Positions 28,126 through 32,000 of a stretch of 32,000 bases of DNA are shown here, piece after piece. Under the pieces are notes generated by a model. It ran no database searches. It was not told the origin of the DNA and was given only the letters and a program-made list of their open reading frames with translations. The position numbers and the translations under genes are program-made. The number at the start of each line of letters is the position of its first letter. The first letter of the stretch is position 1. The DNA is from Opitutales bacterium. Its GTDB lineage: Bacteria; Verrucomicrobiota; Verrucomicrobiia; Opitutales; Coraliomargaritaceae. Location: NCBI GenBank assembly GCA_049606355.1, contig JBMYVL010000005.1, forward strand, positions 1 to 32,000, in the 5' to 3' direction.

Positions 28126-28887
28126 ATGAATACGCTCGAAATAAAGCATCTCAATGTCTCCATTGATGGCCAGGCCATCCTTAAAGACTTCAGTCTCACC
28201 ATTCCAAAAGGCGAAGTGCACGCGCTTATGGGGCCCAATGGCACCGGTAAGAGTACGCTCGCCAAAGTTATGGCTGGGCATGAAGACTACACCGTCGAGA
28301 GCGGCGAGATCCTCCTCGACGGTGAGAGCATTCTGGGCAAAGAGCCCGACGAGATCTCCCACGCGGGCTTGTTTCTGGCCTTCCAATACCCCTTGGAAAT
28401 CCCCGGTGTCTCGATCGCCAACTTCATCCGTGCGGCCCGCGCCGCGCGCTTGGATGAAGGTGAAGAAATTAATGCCGTCGAATTCTACAAAGAACTCTAT
28501 GCGAAGATGGATGCGCTCAAGATGGACCGCAAGTTCACCGCGCGTTCGCTCAACGAAGGCTTTTCCGGCGGCGAGAAGAAGCGCTGCGAAATTCTACAAA
28601 TGTCCATGCTCGAGCCGAAGTACTGCGTGATGGATGAGACCGATTCCGGCCTCGATATCGATGCCCTCAAGATTGTCTCCGAAGGGGTCAACCACATGCG
28701 TGCTGCGGAGCGCGGCTTCCTCGTCATCACTCACTATCAGCGCTTACTGGATTACATCGTGCCCGATGTGGTGCATGTCATGTTTGATGGGCGCATCGTC
28801 CACAGTGGCGACGCTGAACTCGCTAAGGAACTGGAAGCTAAAGGCTATGATTGGGTGAAGGAGGAATTCGCCACCGCCACGGCTTAA
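28126..28887 (+). CDS. sufC: Fe-S cluster assembly ATPase SufC
   Basis: It has Walker [10 protein letters not shown], an ABC signature-like FSGGEKKR, Walker [13 protein letters not shown] and the H-loop ITHY. Confidence 0.93.
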   Translation: MNTLEIKHLNVSIDGQAILKDFSLTIPKGEVHALMGPNGTGKSTLAKVMAGHEDYTVESGEILLDGESILGKEPDEISHAGLFLAFQYPLEIPGVSIANFIRAARAARLDEGEEINAVEFYKELYAKMDALKMDRKFTARSLNEGFSGGEKKRCEILQMSMLEPKYCVMDETDSGLDIDALKIVSEGVNHMRAAERGFLVITHYQRLLDYIVPDVVHVMFDGRIVHSGDAELAKELEAKGYDWVKEEFATATA

Positions 28888-28917
28888 GCCAGCTATTGAT
28901 TTACGCCACGACTGACC

Positions 28918-30342
28918 ATGAGTGACATTAATTTAAAAGAGCAGGAGGAGGCCCTCAATCTCGATACCGAGAAGGGCAACTTCCACTATCCGGAGGACTA
29001 CGAGTTCGATGCGGGTGTCGGTCTCAACGAAGACACCATTCGATACATCTCCGATGTGAAGGAGGAGGATGACTGGGTGCGCGCGTTTCGCCTCAAGGCC
29101 CTTGAGATTTTCAAGAAGAAGCCGATGCCGACCAACTGGGCCGACGCCGACCTTGAGAATATCGATTTCGACCGAATCCGTTATTACCTTTCGAAGGGGC
29201 AACAACCGTCGCGCAGTTGGGATGATGTCCCGGACGACGTAAAGGAAACCTTCGAGCGCCTCGGTATCCCTGAGCAGGAGCGTAAATTCCTCGCCGGAGT
29301 GGAAGCGCAGTTTGATTCTGAAGCGGCCTACTCGCGCATGAAGGAAGACCTGGAAAAAGAGGGCGTGATCTTTGTCGGCTCCACCGAAGGGCTCGCAAAG
29401 TACCCGGAAATTTTCCGCCCCTATTTCGGCAAGGTCATTCCTACGACCGATAATAAATTTGCTGCGCTCAACAGTGCGACTTTCTCCGGCGGCAGCTTCA
29501 TCTATGTGCCCAAGGGGGTGAAGCTGAAGCAACCGCTGCAGGCCTACTTCCGGATCAATGCGGAAAACTTCGGCCAATTTGAGCGCACCTTAATCATCGC
29601 AGATGAAGGTGCCGAAATCACCTACATGGAAGGCTGCACCGCGCCGAAGTTTGAGACCGCGACGCTCCACAGCGCCGTGGTTGAGCTGGTCGCCCTTAAA
29701 GATGCCAAGATTCAGTATATCACCGTGCAGAACTGGTCGAACAATGTCTTTAACCTGGTCACCAAGCGTGGCATGGCCGACGAAGGTGCCGAGGTGAAAT
29801 GGATCGACTGCAATATCGGTTCGCGCCTGACCATGAAATACCCTGGGGTTGTCCTCAAGGGTAAGGGTGCCCGCGGCGAAGTGCTCTCGATTGCACTGGC
29901 CAACGACGGGCAGCACCAGGACACCGGTGCCAAAATGATTCACCTCGCCGACGACACGTCGAGCAACATCATCTCGAAATCGGTTTCGATTGGCAAGGGG
30001 CGCTCGACTTACCGGGGTCAGGTGCACATGCCCAAGCATCTCAAGAACTGCAAAAACAATACCGAGTGCGATGCGCTGTTAATCAACACCAACAGCCGCA
30101 CCGACACCTATCCTGCCATCACTACCCGCGGAGAAAACAACACCGTGCAGCACGAGGCAAGCGTCTCGAAAGTCAGTGCCGAGCAGATCTTCTACATGAT
30201 GCAGCGCGGCCTGTCCGAAGGCGAAGCGATGAGCCTCGCGGTTAACGGCTTTGTCAACGAGCTGATGAAAGCATTCCCGATGGAATATTCCGTCGAGTTG
30301 AAGCGACTCATCGATATGGAGATGGAAGGATCGGTCGGCTAA
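28918..30342 (+). CDS. sufB: Fe-S cluster assembly scaffold protein SufB
   Basis: The 474-aa ORF contains [38 protein letters not shown] and [16 protein letters not shown], which are typical of SufB. Confidence 0.93.
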   Translation: MSDINLKEQEEALNLDTEKGNFHYPEDYEFDAGVGLNEDTIRYISDVKEEDDWVRAFRLKALEIFKKKPMPTNWADADLENIDFDRIRYYLSKGQQPSRSWDDVPDDVKETFERLGIPEQERKFLAGVEAQFDSEAAYSRMKEDLEKEGVIFVGSTEGLAKYPEIFRPYFGKVIPTTDNKFAALNSATFSGGSFIYVPKGVKLKQPLQAYFRINAENFGQFERTLIIADEGAEITYMEGCTAPKFETATLHSAVVELVALKDAKIQYITVQNWSNNVFNLVTKRGMADEGAEVKWIDCNIGSRLTMKYPGVVLKGKGARGEVLSIALANDGQHQDTGAKMIHLADDTSSNIISKSVSIGKGRSTYRGQVHMPKHLKNCKNNTECDALLINTNSRTDTYPAITTRGENNTVQHEASVSKVSAEQIFYMMQRGLSEGEAMSLAVNGFVNELMKAFPMEYSVELKRLIDMEMEGSVG

Positions 30343-30391
30343 AGGCCCTGCCCGTTCGAAGATTCGTGGAGACACACATCGTATTCAAAAA

Positions 30392-31690
30392 ATGACGACA
30401 ACAACTTTAGACACACCCACTGCGGCCACGCAGGAACCCGCCTGGCTGAGCAACCGTCGCGCCGATGGCCAAGCACAGTATGCCAACTTGCCCGCACCAA
30501 CCGCTGCCGATGAGCGCTGGCGCTTTGCCCGCGTCACTACGCTGCGTACCGAGGGGTACGCTCCCGCAGCCGCGCCTAGCGCTGCGACGTTGGAAGCCTT
30601 GACTGCGCGGTCGAACTTAATCACCGAACGTGCCGGCCAACTCGTGTATGTCGACGATGCGCCCGCACAATTCGAAGCCATCAGCCCGGCTCTCGCCGAA
30701 CAAGGAGTCATCTATTTGCCCATCGCTGATGCGCTCGCGCAGCAGCCGCAGCTCATGGAGCGTTACTTCCTACAGGAATCGACCGAGCTCGGCTCGGAAA
30801 AGTTCTTCGGCTTACACGCGCAGCACGTCAAGGCAGGCGCAGTACTATACATACCCAAGGGTGTTGTGATCGAGCAACCCTTCGTCAATTACTACTGGAC
30901 CAGTGGTGCCGAAGCCGCCGTATTCCCGCACACCTTAGTGATTGCCGAAGACAATGCCAATGTGGCAGTGGTCGACATCTTCTTTTCAGAGACGGCCGAC
31001 AATGCCGCGCTCAATGTGGCGGTAGCCAATATCCATGCCGGTGCCGGCGCCCACGTCTTTCGCAAGGTCGTACAGGATTGGAATGAACAGACCACTTCCT
31101 TCCAGCTCGACACCACCGTTGCCGAGCGCGATGCGCAGGTCAAAAACGTCGCGGTCAACATAGGCGCCGAACGCGCCCGCTACGAAGCACAGACTCGTAT
31201 TGAGGGCCCTGGTGCCGACGTGAAGATGTACTCGCTGACGGTCGCTGAAGAGTCGCAGGAGTTTGACCAGCGCACGTTCCAAATCCACAACGCACCGAAC
31301 GCGGTGTCGGACCTGTTGTACAAAAATGCCTTGCTCGACAAAAGCCGCAGTATCTTCTCTGGTTTAATTAAAGTCGCTGAAGGCGCACAGCAAACCGACG
31401 CCTACCAGACCAATCGCAATTTATTGCTCGATCCTACCGCAGAAGCCAATGCCCTGCCCGGCTTGGAGATTCTCGCCAACGACGTCAAATGCTCCCACGG
31501 TGCCACCACTGGTAATGTTGATGCCTCGGAGTTGTTTTACATGATGAGTCGCGGGATTCCCAAGCGCGTCGCCATGCAGCTCATGGTCTTTGGTTTCTTC
31601 GAGGAAGTGATCGAAAAAGTGGAGAGCGATGAACTCGCCGAAAACCTCCGCACGCTGATACGTAATAAATTCGAAGCGAAGATCGCGTAG
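30392..31690 (+). CDS. sufD: Fe-S cluster assembly protein SufD
   Basis: The 432-aa ORF has a SufBD beta-helix region ([19 protein letters not shown]) and the C-terminal motifs [14 protein letters not shown] and [11 protein letters not shown]. It follows sufB. Confidence 0.88.
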   Translation: MTTTTLDTPTAATQEPAWLSNRRADGQAQYANLPAPTAADERWRFARVTTLRTEGYAPAAAPSAATLEALTARSNLITERAGQLVYVDDAPAQFEAISPALAEQGVIYLPIADALAQQPQLMERYFLQESTELGSEKFFGLHAQHVKAGAVLYIPKGVVIEQPFVNYYWTSGAEAAVFPHTLVIAEDNANVAVVDIFFSETADNAALNVAVANIHAGAGAHVFRKVVQDWNEQTTSFQLDTTVAERDAQVKNVAVNIGAERARYEAQTRIEGPGADVKMYSLTVAEESQEFDQRTFQIHNAPNAVSDLLYKNALLDKSRSIFSGLIKVAEGAQQTDAYQTNRNLLLDPTAEANALPGLEILANDVKCSHGATTGNVDASELFYMMSRGIPKRVAMQLMVFGFFEEVIEKVESDELAENLRTLIRNKFEAKIA

Positions 31691-31717
31691 CCGAAGCCGA
31701 TCACACCCTGACTCTTT

Positions 31718-32000
<283 letters not shown>

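Noticed and set aside
28933-29577. 214-aa minus-strand ORF
   Set aside because: It is antisense to sufB. I treat it as a shadow ORF. The same reasoning applies to 22052-22660 (antisense to glxK) and 31421-31966 (antisense to sufD/sufT).

Overview
GC-rich bacterial chromosomal segment, densely packed with housekeeping genes. Gene content and protein signatures give a PVC/Verrucomicrobia-like impression, which cannot be verified here. Order of supported features: tRNA-Pro(UGG) with a bidirectional terminator; pdxJ, recJ, fused secDF, yajC and menA (all minus); pcm and a sugar-nucleotidyltransferase (plus); divergent gcvP (fused PA-PB type) and gcvT; a minus-strand envelope-stress-like module (ECF sigma, membrane anti-sigma, HtrA/PDZ paralog); sixA; an unusually long (about 420 nt) AT-rich intergenic island; mazG-like and mgtE (minus); a NUDIX hydrolase, rodA and an RNase E/G-family gene (plus); glxK, DUF2062 and DUF1343/NamZ with overlapping stop/start codons; a convergent Amidase_3 gene; mpg and rsmE (minus); and fur-sufC-sufB-sufD-sufT(partial). 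I saw no CRISPR arrays, transposases, integrases or recognisable defence genes. The most interesting signal is in the AT-rich island at 15826-16136. It holds two diverged tandem copies of a small unit on the minus strand. Each copy has a conserved GAAC-N16-CGTCTA (ECF-sigma-type) promoter-like motif, a roughly 75-nt non-coding body with a shared AGUUUGUUGUUU tract, and a strong intrinsic terminator. This suggests paired ECF-dependent sRNAs next to the sigma/anti-sigma operon. The HtrA paralog in that operon appears to have lost all three catalytic residues. All calls come from reading the sequence and ORF translations by eye; no searches were run.
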